This document shows positions 37,909 to 46,085 of a stretch of DNA of 64,000 bases, piece after piece. Each line of letters begins with the position of its first letter. Within the stretch, counting starts at the first letter, position 1. Both the position numbers and the translations under genes were made by a program. Below the pieces are notes generated by a model that saw only the letters and a program-made list of their open reading frames with translations, was not told the DNA's origin and ran no database searches. Origin of the DNA: a bacterium (GTDB lineage: Bacteria; SAR324; XYD2-FULL-50-16; G965216635). The stretch lies in NCBI GenBank assembly GCA_965216635.1, contig OZ244188.1:219205-283204 (forward strand). The letters are read 5' to 3'.

Positions 37909-37982
37909 TAGCGATGGGGTGAATTGAACACCCGAACTTATGATTATGAGTCGTATGCTCTAACCATCTAAGCTACATCGCC
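37909..37982 (-). tRNA. Diverged duplicate of tRNA(CAT), likely pseudo-tRNA
   Basis: Same 74 nt with 6 substitutions, including a C-A mismatch in the anticodon stem (ATACGA/TCATA). Sits in a duplicated block with a folB 5' fragment. Confidence 0.5.
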
Positions 37983-38055
37983 TTTATTTTTGAGATTTTT
38001 GAATTAACTCTATATAGATGCTAGGCAAGACGCGTGAACTCTACACAATAGCAAA

Positions 38056-38310
38056 TCAGTTATAAATATTACCTCTAAAATCTGCCTTATCAACAACAAT
38101 TTTATCGTCAAGCACATAAAAAATAAAACGAATTTTTCCGATTCGTAGCCGATAAAAACCTTTTGCCTTACCTTTAAGCATTTTTATATCTAAATTGACT
38201 TGATTGGTTTTAAAAAATTTTAAATCTTCAAGTTTTAATAAATATTTTGATGAATTCTTTAAACTACTGATAAATTTATAAACTGATTTTCTGATAATAA
38301 GGCGATACAT
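38056..38310 (-). CDS. RelE/ParE-family type II toxin
   Basis: 84 aa; ...GKAKGFYRLRIGKIRFIFYVLDDKIVV... matches the RelE/ParE G..YRLR.G.YR..Y core. Confidence 0.7.
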   Translation of the reverse strand: MYRLIIRKSVYKFISSLKNSSKYLLKLEDLKFFKTNQVNLDIKMLKGKAKGFYRLRIGKIRFIFYVLDDKIVVDKADFRGNIYN

Positions 38311-38312
38311 CT

Positions 38313-38489
38313 TTATAATTCTACAAAATCATCTTCCGTTATCTGTTTATCAAAAGCATCATTTTTATATATACTTTCAATTTCTGCTTGCTCCTTATCA
38401 GATATAAAATTGTATCTTGGGAAATATTCTTTTAGAGCATCTTGTATTAATGATTTTAATTCACTTTTTTTTATAATAACTGTATCCAT
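38313..38489 (-). CDS. Small antitoxin partner of the RelE/ParE toxin
   Basis: 58-aa ORF (MDTVIIKKSELKSLIQDALKEYFPRYNF...) not in track (<60 aa), ending 3 nt before the toxin start. Confidence 0.5.
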   Translation of the reverse strand: MDTVIIKKSELKSLIQDALKEYFPRYNFISDKEQAEIESIYKNDAFDKQITEDDFVEL

Positions 38490-38612
38490 AGTATTTTTAA
38501 TTTTATTTGGGATAGCTCTCCATTAGTTTGATTTAGATTAACCTAACCTAGCTAATTTTTAAAGTAAAAATATCAACAATTTTTGGCTTTTAAAATTTAT
38601 TTTTTTAAAGAA

Positions 38613-39446
38613 CTAAACAGAGATAGGAGCTTTAATACTTGGGTGAAACTGATAATTTTCCAAAGCAAAATCTTTCACTTCGTATTCTTCTAAAGAGTTT
38701 CTTTTTTTCAAAATAGCTAGTTTTGGTAAAGAGTAGGGTTTTCTCGTTAGTTGTAATTTTGCCTGCTCTAAATGGTTTTTATAAAGGTGAATGTCGCCTC
38801 CAGACCATATTAGTTCGCCTACTTCTAAACCACTATGCAAAGCGAGTAGGTGTGTAAGTAGAGCATAGCTTGCGATATTGAAAGGAGTTCCTAAAAAATA
38901 ATCTTGACTACGAGCAAAGAAAAATAAAGATAATTTATCTTGATTGACAAAAAGCTGTGTTAAAAGATGACAACAAGCTAAAGCCATTTTACCCTGTTTG
39001 ATGTTCTCTTGGGGGCTAATGTCTTCGTCTGGCAAATCTTCTACATTCCAACCGCTCAAAATCATCCTACGGCTATGAGGTTTTTTTTTTAGACTCCGCA
39101 GCAGTGTTTTTATTTGGTCGTAATTTTTACCTTTACTACCGCTCCAATTTCTCCACTGTTTGCCATAAATAGGACCTAAATTGCCATCCTCAGCTGCCCA
39201 TTTATCCCAGATACTACAACCGTTATCTTTTAAGAATTGAATGTTTGTATCACCGCGTAAAAACCATAAAAGCTCAGCTACTACGCTTTTAAAATGAATT
39301 TTTTTAGTGGTGATAATCGGAAAGCCAGCCTGTAAATCAAATCTTTGCTGTCTAGCAAATAAAGAAAAAGTGCCAGTACCAGTGCGGTCTTTTTTTTCTG
39401 CTCCTTCTTCTATAATCTGCTTCAATAAATCTAAATAACTTTGCAT
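38613..39446 (-). CDS. thyA: Thymidylate synthase
   Basis: 277 aa; DRTGTGT, LPPCH-equivalent region CCHLLTQLFV, sizes and C-terminus typical of ThyA. Confidence 0.85.
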   Translation of the reverse strand: MQSYLDLLKQIIEEGAEKKDRTGTGTFSLFARQQRFDLQAGFPIITTKKIHFKSVVAELLWFLRGDTNIQFLKDNGCSIWDKWAAEDGNLGPIYGKQWRNWSGSKGKNYDQIKTLLRSLKKKPHSRRMILSGWNVEDLPDEDISPQENIKQGKMALACCHLLTQLFVNQDKLSLFFFARSQDYFLGTPFNIASYALLTHLLALHSGLEVGELIWSGGDIHLYKNHLEQAKLQLTRKPYSLPKLAILKKRNSLEEYEVKDFALENYQFHPSIKAPISV

Positions 39447-39565
39447 TTTTTATGCGATTAAACTTAAAATTTTATATTTTTTGTTTTTCTGTAAGTGGTT
39501 TGTAGACAGGATTTTTTTCTTATTTTTTTCTTGGTTAGTTTTTTAGGTATTTTTATTGTTTTTAA

Positions 39566-39865
39566 TTATAACCCTAGTTCCGAATGGGAACCTGTTCTAA
39601 TTAAAATAAGTTCGTCATTTTTTATTCTATATTCTAAAAGCCAATCTCCTTTTATGTGGCATTCTTTGTTACCTTTACTACTACCTTTCAATTTATGGTC
39701 TTTATTGATTTCAGGGAGCTTGATTCCTTGGGCTAATAATCCAATAATTTCATTAAGATCATTAATATCTCTATTTTTGCTTTTACCTTGTCGGTTTATT
39801 TTTTCTAGATCGTCTTTAAATTTTTTTTTATATTTTAGAGTATAATTATATTCTGACTCTGACAT
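39566..39865 (-). CDS. YafQ/RelE-family type II toxin (mRNA interferase)
   Basis: 99 aa; KDHKLKGSSKGNKECHIKGDWLLEYRIKNDELILIRTGSHSEL matches the YafQ C-terminal signature (H...DW.L.Y......L.L.RTG.HS.L). Confidence 0.7.
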   Translation of the reverse strand: MSESEYNYTLKYKKKFKDDLEKINRQGKSKNRDINDLNEIIGLLAQGIKLPEINKDHKLKGSSKGNKECHIKGDWLLEYRIKNDELILIRTGSHSELGL

Positions 39866-40453
39866 CTAAATCCCTAAATCTTTTAGCATAGACTTAAAAT
39901 CACTATAACTTTTTGGTTCAGGTTCGGATAATAAAGCCACTATAGTTTCTCTGTTGGGAAGTCCAAATGATGGTATAGGATAATATGCTTTTATTTCTTC
40001 TTTGGGTATTTTGATATTTTTAATGTTTGGTTTATACAATCTTGCCCAAGGACTGTTTTCATCGTGAAATTCGTCATAAAAATACTTTTTACTCATTGAG
40101 GAATAAATTTCTATAACAGTATCTAGTATTTCTTCAGTCTTCCTCTGTAGGCTACTACTGGCATTATCTATTATAGATGGAATAGTTTTTTTACCATTTT
40201 TTAAAAAATAATATTTTTCTTTTATATTTTTATTACCATAATTCTTAAATTTACAATAAACCTCAGGTATGACAGGCCCATGTTCCCAAGCCTGAATTTC
40301 ATCTTTAAATAATTCTAAATTGTAATAAGCAGAACCTATTCCATAAGCACTGTAAACAAATTTGTTTAATTTAAAATTGTCTATCTCTTTAACTTTATCA
40401 ATAAAATAATTTGCTATTTGGACTGCGGTGTATTTATTATTTTCAGTTTCCAT
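39866..40453 (-). CDS. Panacea-domain (DUF4065) antitoxin, immediately upstream of the YafQ-like toxin
   Basis: QAWEHGPVIPEVYCKFKNYGN hallmark; 195 aa; its stop abuts the toxin start. Confidence 0.7.
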   Translation of the reverse strand: METENNKYTAVQIANYFIDKVKEIDNFKLNKFVYSAYGIGSAYYNLELFKDEIQAWEHGPVIPEVYCKFKNYGNKNIKEKYYFLKNGKKTIPSIIDNASSSLQRKTEEILDTVIEIYSSMSKKYFYDEFHDENSPWARLYKPNIKNIKIPKEEIKAYYPIPSFGLPNRETIVALLSEPEPKSYSDFKSMLKDLGI

Positions 40454-40740
40454 TTTTAGTATCGGGCAATTTCTATAAATATTTTTTAGGTTTTGGAATA
40501 AAGGATATATTTTGAAAATCGTCGCTTATATCAACAAATAAGTGATGATTTTCTTCTTTTATCAGCTCAAATATTCTCCAATTTTCTCTTTTTTTTGATC
40601 TCTGTAGATATTTTTTTTTAAGTATCTTTTTTCCCCTAATTTATGAAAGTCGTATTTGTTATCAAACATAAATTTTATAGTTGGTGATATTGAGTTTATT
40701 TAACTAAAAATAATAGTAAAAGTCAAGGTTTTATAAAAAA

Positions 40741-40870
40741 TTTTTCATACAATCAAATTTTGTTTGTCTAGCAAATAAAGAAAAAGTGCCAGTACCAGTG
40801 CGGTCTTTTTTTTCTGCTCCTTCTTCTATAATCTGCTTCAATAAATCTAAATAACTTTGCATTTTTTATG
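40741..40870. repeat. Duplicate of thyA promoter-proximal/5' coding region (copy b)
   Basis: ttttcatacaatcaaattttgtttgtctagcaaataaagaaaaagtgccagtaccagtgcggtc...ctaaataactttgcattttttatgcg identical to 39346-39465 (real thyA start). Confidence 0.9.
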
Positions 40871-42569
40871 CGCTAGGAGATAAATTTTCTTTAAAAAAAT
40901 TTAATATAGTGCGGGAAAATTTATCTTCTCGTTTTTCAATATCTTCTTTTAGCCAATCGTCTTTAGTATATCGTGATAATTTTTGAACCTCTGCTATATT
41001 AGAATTTTTATATACTTCTTTTTTTGTTTTGAAGTTATCATTGCTTGCTTGATTATTAGTTTTTTTCTCTATAGCAACCTTGTTGCCGAATTTTTCTCTA
41101 TATTTCTTTGCATCTTCTTCACTCCATCCATGATAATTCTTCCACCGCCAAGGAAAAATATGTTCAATCTCAAATTTTTCTGAAATCAATTCTTCTTGTT
41201 TTGGGTTTTGATAAGCGTGCACTAAAATTAGTCCTCTTGCTATTCTTAAGTTGTTTGCATTACTAATCCTAGTTTTCAAAGGTGGATTTTGGTATTTTTC
41301 TAATTCAATATTCATTTCATAATTTTTATTTTGGCATAAATTTTCACACTCTTTATGAGTATCGTTTTTAATTTCATTTACAGTTGGTTTTTCTATAAAT
41401 TTGACATACAAAAATGCAGTTAGTTTTTTTAAAAATTGTAGAAAATTTTCTTCAAAATTAGGTCCATCTTTTTTTTTCAGATAAAAAACGCTAGTGAGAT
41501 ATCTCCAATGTTCGTTTGGATAATTTTGTAAGCAATGCAGATATTTATACGTTTCTTGGATAATTTTTTTATTTTTAAAATCTAAATCTCTTCCATTTAT
41601 AGCTACCCAAAAAGTAGCTAGTTTATCTAAATTTTCCAGCAAATTAGGCTCTGCTAGTTTTTTGTAACCGTCTCTTGCATAAAATTTTCTTAAACTCACT
41701 TCAACTTCCTTTTTAGTATTTTTTGCTTTTCCTCCAAGATAGCGCATATAATAGGTAAATAAATTATTTAAAAAAATTTTAGCGGGTTCAAGTTTTTTTA
41801 CTTTTTCTACCAATTCTTTCCAATCATTAATAAATTTTTCTTTTTCTTCATCTGTTTTTTTTGTTTTATAAATTTCTGCTTTAAAAATATCAGAGTCATT
41901 CAAAGGCAATCCTCTATCGTTAAGTGTAGAAAAAATTGTTAAGGCAGCGCCAGCATTATTGCATTCAATAGGTAAAATGATACATTTATTTAGTATAACA
42001 CTGAGTAAAGAGTGCCATTTTAAAGGCTCATTTCTAGCGTATTTTTCGCATTGGTTATAAAAAAAATTATAATTTTTTTGGTACCTGTTTTTTTCATCAA
42101 TATCTAATTTTCCTTCTGTTAAAATGGTATGAAATATTTTATTATCACTTTCAGTAACAACTTTTGATTCAATATTTATTTTTGTTTTATTTTCTGCTCT
42201 ATGATAGGTTTCATCCACTTCCCAAATGCAAGGTTCAATATCTCTTTTTAAGATATCAATGTTACTATCTTCATTCATTTCTTCTAGTTTTTTATAAAAG
42301 GCTCGCAACAATAAAAAAAATGAAATAACTCTCTGCTGTCCGTCAATAACTTCTATATTTTTTTGTTCATCTTTGCTGGTAACTATTGTACCCAAAAAGT
42401 ATTCTTCCTCTTTTTTATCTTTAGAAAAATTATCTATATCATCCCATAAAATTTCACATTTTTCTTCATCCCAGCTGTAAGGTCTTTGGTATTCAGGAAT
42501 AATAAATTTCCCTTTCTTAATGCTTAAAAAACTTTTTATACTTTCTCTGCTTACATTTAATTCTGCCAT
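40866..42569 (-). CDS. GmrSD-family type IV (modification-dependent) restriction enzyme, DUF262+DUF1524
   Basis: N-terminal DUF262 with IPEYQRPYSW and DGQQR motifs; C-terminal DUF1524/HNH-like EIEHIFP...; 567 aa. Confidence 0.7.
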   Translation of the reverse strand: MAELNVSRESIKSFLSIKKGKFIIPEYQRPYSWDEEKCEILWDDIDNFSKDKKEEEYFLGTIVTSKDEQKNIEVIDGQQRVISFFLLLRAFYKKLEEMNEDSNIDILKRDIEPCIWEVDETYHRAENKTKINIESKVVTESDNKIFHTILTEGKLDIDEKNRYQKNYNFFYNQCEKYARNEPLKWHSLLSVILNKCIILPIECNNAGAALTIFSTLNDRGLPLNDSDIFKAEIYKTKKTDEEKEKFINDWKELVEKVKKLEPAKIFLNNLFTYYMRYLGGKAKNTKKEVEVSLRKFYARDGYKKLAEPNLLENLDKLATFWVAINGRDLDFKNKKIIQETYKYLHCLQNYPNEHWRYLTSVFYLKKKDGPNFEENFLQFLKKLTAFLYVKFIEKPTVNEIKNDTHKECENLCQNKNYEMNIELEKYQNPPLKTRISNANNLRIARGLILVHAYQNPKQEELISEKFEIEHIFPWRWKNYHGWSEEDAKKYREKFGNKVAIEKKTNNQASNDNFKTKKEVYKNSNIAEVQKLSRYTKDDWLKEDIEKREDKFSRTILNFFKENLSPSA

Positions 42570-42601
42570 AATAATTTTTAAAGTTTAGGTTTATAATACT
42601 A

Positions 42602-42664
42602 TAGACCTTTGAATTTGCGTTATGTTTAGCCTTGCCGTCGCATCAGCGAAATTCAAAGGTCTAT
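42602..42664. mobile_element. Short MITE (63 bp)
   Basis: tagacctttgaatttgcgttatgtttagccttgccgtcgcatcagcgaaattcaaaggtctat. Confidence 0.8.
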
Positions 42665-42779
42665 AATAAAAAAAAGTAAGTTTGTATAGTTTAGCAAAAA
42701 AAACTTCTTTGTCAAGTATAAAATATAATTTTTAGCAAAAAAACTTCTTTGTCAAGTATAAAATAGACTTTTGATTTTA

Positions 42780-42965
42780 ATGGTTTTTTTGTCTGGAAAT
42801 AATTTTTCTATTATAAGGAGTATGTTTTTCTATTTTCATACAATCAAATTTTGTTTGTCTAGCAAATAAAGAAAAAGTGCCAGTACCAGTGCGGTCTTTT
42901 TTTTCTGCTCCTTCTTCTATAATCTGCTTCAATAAATCTAAATAACTTTGCATTTTTTATGCGCT
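42780..42965. repeat. Junction block: 5' fragment of the 410-aa methyltransferase gene + duplicate of thyA 5'/promoter region (copy a)
   Basis: 42785-42850 is the reverse complement of atgaaaatagaaaaacatactccttataatagaaaaattattt (compare 46040-46085). 42838-42990 repeats the thyA start plus 40 bp of its upstream region. Confidence 0.85.
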
Positions 42966-43862
42966 TAAACTTAAAATTTTATATTTTTTTTCTACTAATT
43001 TTAATTCCTTATTTTTATTTTCCCAAATATTAACAAAATCTTTGTTTTGCATAGTGCGAATTTTCCCCAGATAGATTGAAACAAAAGAGTCATTAATTTT
43101 TGTTTCTTTTGCTTCTACTACATTTTTTTTTGCTATTTCCACATAGTCAGAATCTAGCTCTATTCCAATATAGTTTCTTCCTAATTGTTTTGCTGCTATT
43201 GCTGTAGTTCCAGTTCCTATAAATGGATCTAAAACCACATCGTTTTCTTCTGTGGACATTAAAATCAACCTTTCTAAAAGAGGAATGGGTAACTGGCAAG
43301 GATGGTTATCTCGTCTTTTTTTGTGACGGAGTCTATGAATATCTGTCCATACATCTGAAAGTAAGGGACCGAATCCATGGGCTTGATCTTTTTTACCGCC
43401 ATAATCTTTTAGAAATTCTTTACAACTACGGCAACTAGAATGCGGAGCTCTAATATCATAAAATTTAAAATCTTTATAATTTTGCGAACGAGTGTAGTAT
43501 AAAATTCCATAATGATTTGGTAGTAAAGTTTTGCCAAGCGGAACCCCACCAGAGTCCCAAGAAATCCAGTGTTTAAAGCAAGCAATTTTATTTAGATATC
43601 CTGCATAGTAATTAAGCCAACGAGGAATGTTATGCACAAAAATAGAACCGCTAGGTTTTGTTACTCTTACCATTTCACTAATCCATTCTTTACACCAATT
43701 CAAATAGTCTTCTTGTTCTTTCGTATCTTCATAGGAAGTATAATTTTTTTTGAGGTTAAAAGGTGGGTCAGCAAAGCTCATATCTGCAGACTCATTTGGT
43801 ATTTTTTTTAGCCATTGCAGGCAATCTCCTTCTATAATTTTATTGAGGTATTTTTTAAGCAT
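42957..43862 (-). CDS. Beta-class N6-adenine/N4-cytosine DNA methyltransferase
   Basis: N-terminal NKIIEGDCLQWLKKIP...FADPPFN (motif IV) and C-terminal VLDPFIGTGTTAIAA (motif I); pfam N6_N4_Mtase order IV then I. Confidence 0.8.
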   Translation of the reverse strand: MLKKYLNKIIEGDCLQWLKKIPNESADMSFADPPFNLKKNYTSYEDTKEQEDYLNWCKEWISEMVRVTKPSGSIFVHNIPRWLNYYAGYLNKIACFKHWISWDSGGVPLGKTLLPNHYGILYYTRSQNYKDFKFYDIRAPHSSCRSCKEFLKDYGGKKDQAHGFGPLLSDVWTDIHRLRHKKRRDNHPCQLPIPLLERLILMSTEENDVVLDPFIGTGTTAIAAKQLGRNYIGIELDSDYVEIAKKNVVEAKETKINDSFVSIYLGKIRTMQNKDFVNIWENKNKELKLVEKKYKILSLSA

Positions 43863-43864
43863 AA

Positions 43865-44848
43865 TTATTTTTTAAAAGTTTGAATGAGAAGTTTTTTAAA
43901 TCTTTCTAACTCTTCTTTATGAAAAGTAAAAACTTCATTATAAGCGCTAACCATTCTTTTTAAATCTCCTTTTCTTACATACCATCCAATACCATCTATA
44001 AATCCAATAAATTTCGCTTTTGGATAATGAGATTTGATAAGATAATCTACAGAAATTTCTGTTTTAGATTTGTCTCCCTGTCCTGATGAAGTTGTAACTA
44101 AAAATGAACTTTCACCAATAATTAAAGGATTTCTTTTGTCTGGTATTATAAAATCCATTGTTCTTTTAGTGGTAGGAGCGTTAGTAACTAATTCGTTTAA
44201 ATCTCCTTTTTCAAAAGGAATATTTAAATCTTTTAATATTTTTTCTATCAGTGTTTCAGGATTATTTTCTTTTTTTCCAGAATAGCTCCCTTTTTCTTTA
44301 TACCTTACTAGAGTATCTATCATTTCTGGTATTTCAAATTTAAGTTTTGAAATACTTAATTTTTTGAGCTCAAATAAAGGAATAGTTTTAGCTAAAAATG
44401 GAATAGTAGAACCTTCAAAAAAAATATTCACTATCCCTTTCCTAAAAGATTGATTTTCTTTTATTATTTTTCTAATCTGACTGTCTGACCATTCTTTAAT
44501 ATCACTACTTTTTTCTTCAAACCATTCTTCTTTATTTACTAATCTATTAAGTTCATCATCATTAACTACTCTAATAATTGTTGTTAATCTTTTTAAAGTT
44601 TCATTAGAAAAACCTGTTAATGCCAATAACGCTCTCAAACCATTTTCTTTTTCAAGGAGTATTTTTTCAAATAACTCTTTCTTTAGTCCATTATTTTCAA
44701 TTTCATTTTTTAAAAATAAAAGTATTTCTTTTAATGAATTCAGATAACCCTCATATTTTTCTTCAAAAATTGGGTTGAAAAAATAAAAAGTATTTTTACT
44801 GATTATAGTCTGAAATTTTGATTCTATTGTTGGTAAGTTTGTTTGCAT
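43865..44848 (-). CDS. Hypothetical protein, candidate restriction endonuclease of the R-M cassette
   Basis: 327 aa, sandwiched between two MTase genes with 2-4 bp spacing; possible PD-(D/E)xK-like segment MDFIIPD...IIGESSF...K; no firm motif. Confidence 0.35.
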   Translation of the reverse strand: MQTNLPTIESKFQTIISKNTFYFFNPIFEEKYEGYLNSLKEILLFLKNEIENNGLKKELFEKILLEKENGLRALLALTGFSNETLKRLTTIIRVVNDDELNRLVNKEEWFEEKSSDIKEWSDSQIRKIIKENQSFRKGIVNIFFEGSTIPFLAKTIPLFELKKLSISKLKFEIPEMIDTLVRYKEKGSYSGKKENNPETLIEKILKDLNIPFEKGDLNELVTNAPTTKRTMDFIIPDKRNPLIIGESSFLVTTSSGQGDKSKTEISVDYLIKSHYPKAKFIGFIDGIGWYVRKGDLKRMVSAYNEVFTFHKEELERFKKLLIQTFKK

Positions 44849-44852
44849 AGCA

Positions 44853-46085
44853 TTATTTTAAATTTTTAAAAAATAGAATAGATTCATTTTTCATACTATT
44901 TTGAAGACCCCTAATAGGCTTGCTCATTTTTAGATTTAAACACAAATTTTGTTCTTTTGCTATTTCAATAATTTTATTTTCTAAATTTACTCCTTTTGTT
45001 TGAATCTCATTTGTTCCTATAATTATAATAATAAAAGAATCTTTCTTAGAAACTCTCTTCATTTCTTTTAAAGCTACTGCCATTTTTTCAAAATACAATT
45101 CTAATTTACTTTCTATTCCTCGTCCTGACAAGCCAATCATTTCTTCTCTTAAGGTATTCAGATTATATCCGAGGTATTCTAGTTGAGGTTGATCGTTCTT
45201 TAGATAATCAATAGCAAAAGAATATGGAGGAGAAGTTATAATAGCGTCCACAGAATCGTCGTCAATAGGTAATTGTAATGCACTTGCTTGAATTATTTTA
45301 CTGTTGCCTATTTTTAATTTAACTTCTTTTCTTGCTTTTTGAAAATTACCTATAGTCGCAACATATCTTTCTAATACTCTCGGGAAAAGTTTTTCAATAG
45401 AAGCACTAATTCTATTTGAGAATCCCATAGCATCTAAAAAAGCCAACAAAACTATTTCATAGTATCTTTTTTTATCACAAGGACTATTTGACAAATAATT
45501 AAGGATTTTTTTACTTTTAAGTCCATTTAATAATCCTATTGGATTTTTTGTAATTTCTTGCAATATTTCAATATCTAAATTTAAAGCGAAGGTTTTTACT
45601 TGACCCATTAAATTACAAAAAGGACTCAAATCTACAGCAATAGAATTAAGATTAAGCAAATTTGCTTCTACTGAAAAAGTAGAACTCCCAGCCATTGGAT
45701 CTAAAACTACATCTCCTTTTTTAATTTTTAAGATATTTAATAAAGCTCTAATTAATTGTGGATGAAATTTTCCACGGTATGGAAAAAGACTATGTGTAGA
45801 ATAACCTGTAGAATATTTTCCATTTAAGAAAAATACTTTTGTTCTAAATGAACTTTCTTTATGAATTTCTTCAAGATTGTGTAAATTACAAGTTTTAAAA
45901 TGAATCGTTTCTATTCCAGCCACCGTTTTGAAAAAGGCACTTCTATCAATTAATTCTGTTTTTGATAAATTTTCATATTCCCACAAAGCCAAATCTAATT
46001 CAAAAATATCATCTGTACCTTCAATTAACTGGTAACCTTCTGGAAATAATTTTTCTATTAAAGGAATATGTTTTTCTATTTTCAT
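44853..46085 (-). CDS. Gamma-class-like DNA methyltransferase (motif I before motif IV)
   Basis: HSLFPYRGKFHPQLIRALLNIL...GDVVLDPMAGSSTFSVEA (AdoMet motif I) then IITSPPYSF (motif IV); 410 aa. Confidence 0.7.
   Translation of the reverse strand: MKIEKHIPLIEKLFPEGYQLIEGTDDIFELDLALWEYENLSKTELIDRSAFFKTVAGIETIHFKTCNLHNLEEIHKESSFRTKVFFLNGKYSTGYSTHSLFPYRGKFHPQLIRALLNILKIKKGDVVLDPMAGSSTFSVEANLLNLNSIAVDLSPFCNLMGQVKTFALNLDIEILQEITKNPIGLLNGLKSKKILNYLSNSPCDKKRYYEIVLLAFLDAMGFSNRISASIEKLFPRVLERYVATIGNFQKARKEVKLKIGNSKIIQASALQLPIDDDSVDAIITSPPYSFAIDYLKNDQPQLEYLGYNLNTLREEMIGLSGRGIESKLELYFEKMAVALKEMKRVSKKDSFIIIIIGTNEIQTKGVNLENKIIEIAKEQNLCLNLKMSKPIRGLQNSMKNESILFFKNLK

Noticed and set aside
42690-42780. Two 35-bp direct repeats (tagcaaaaaaaacttctttgtcaagtataaaata x2)
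   Set aside because: Noted but no function assigned. They are probably part of the cassette junction scar next to the MITE rather than a separate element.
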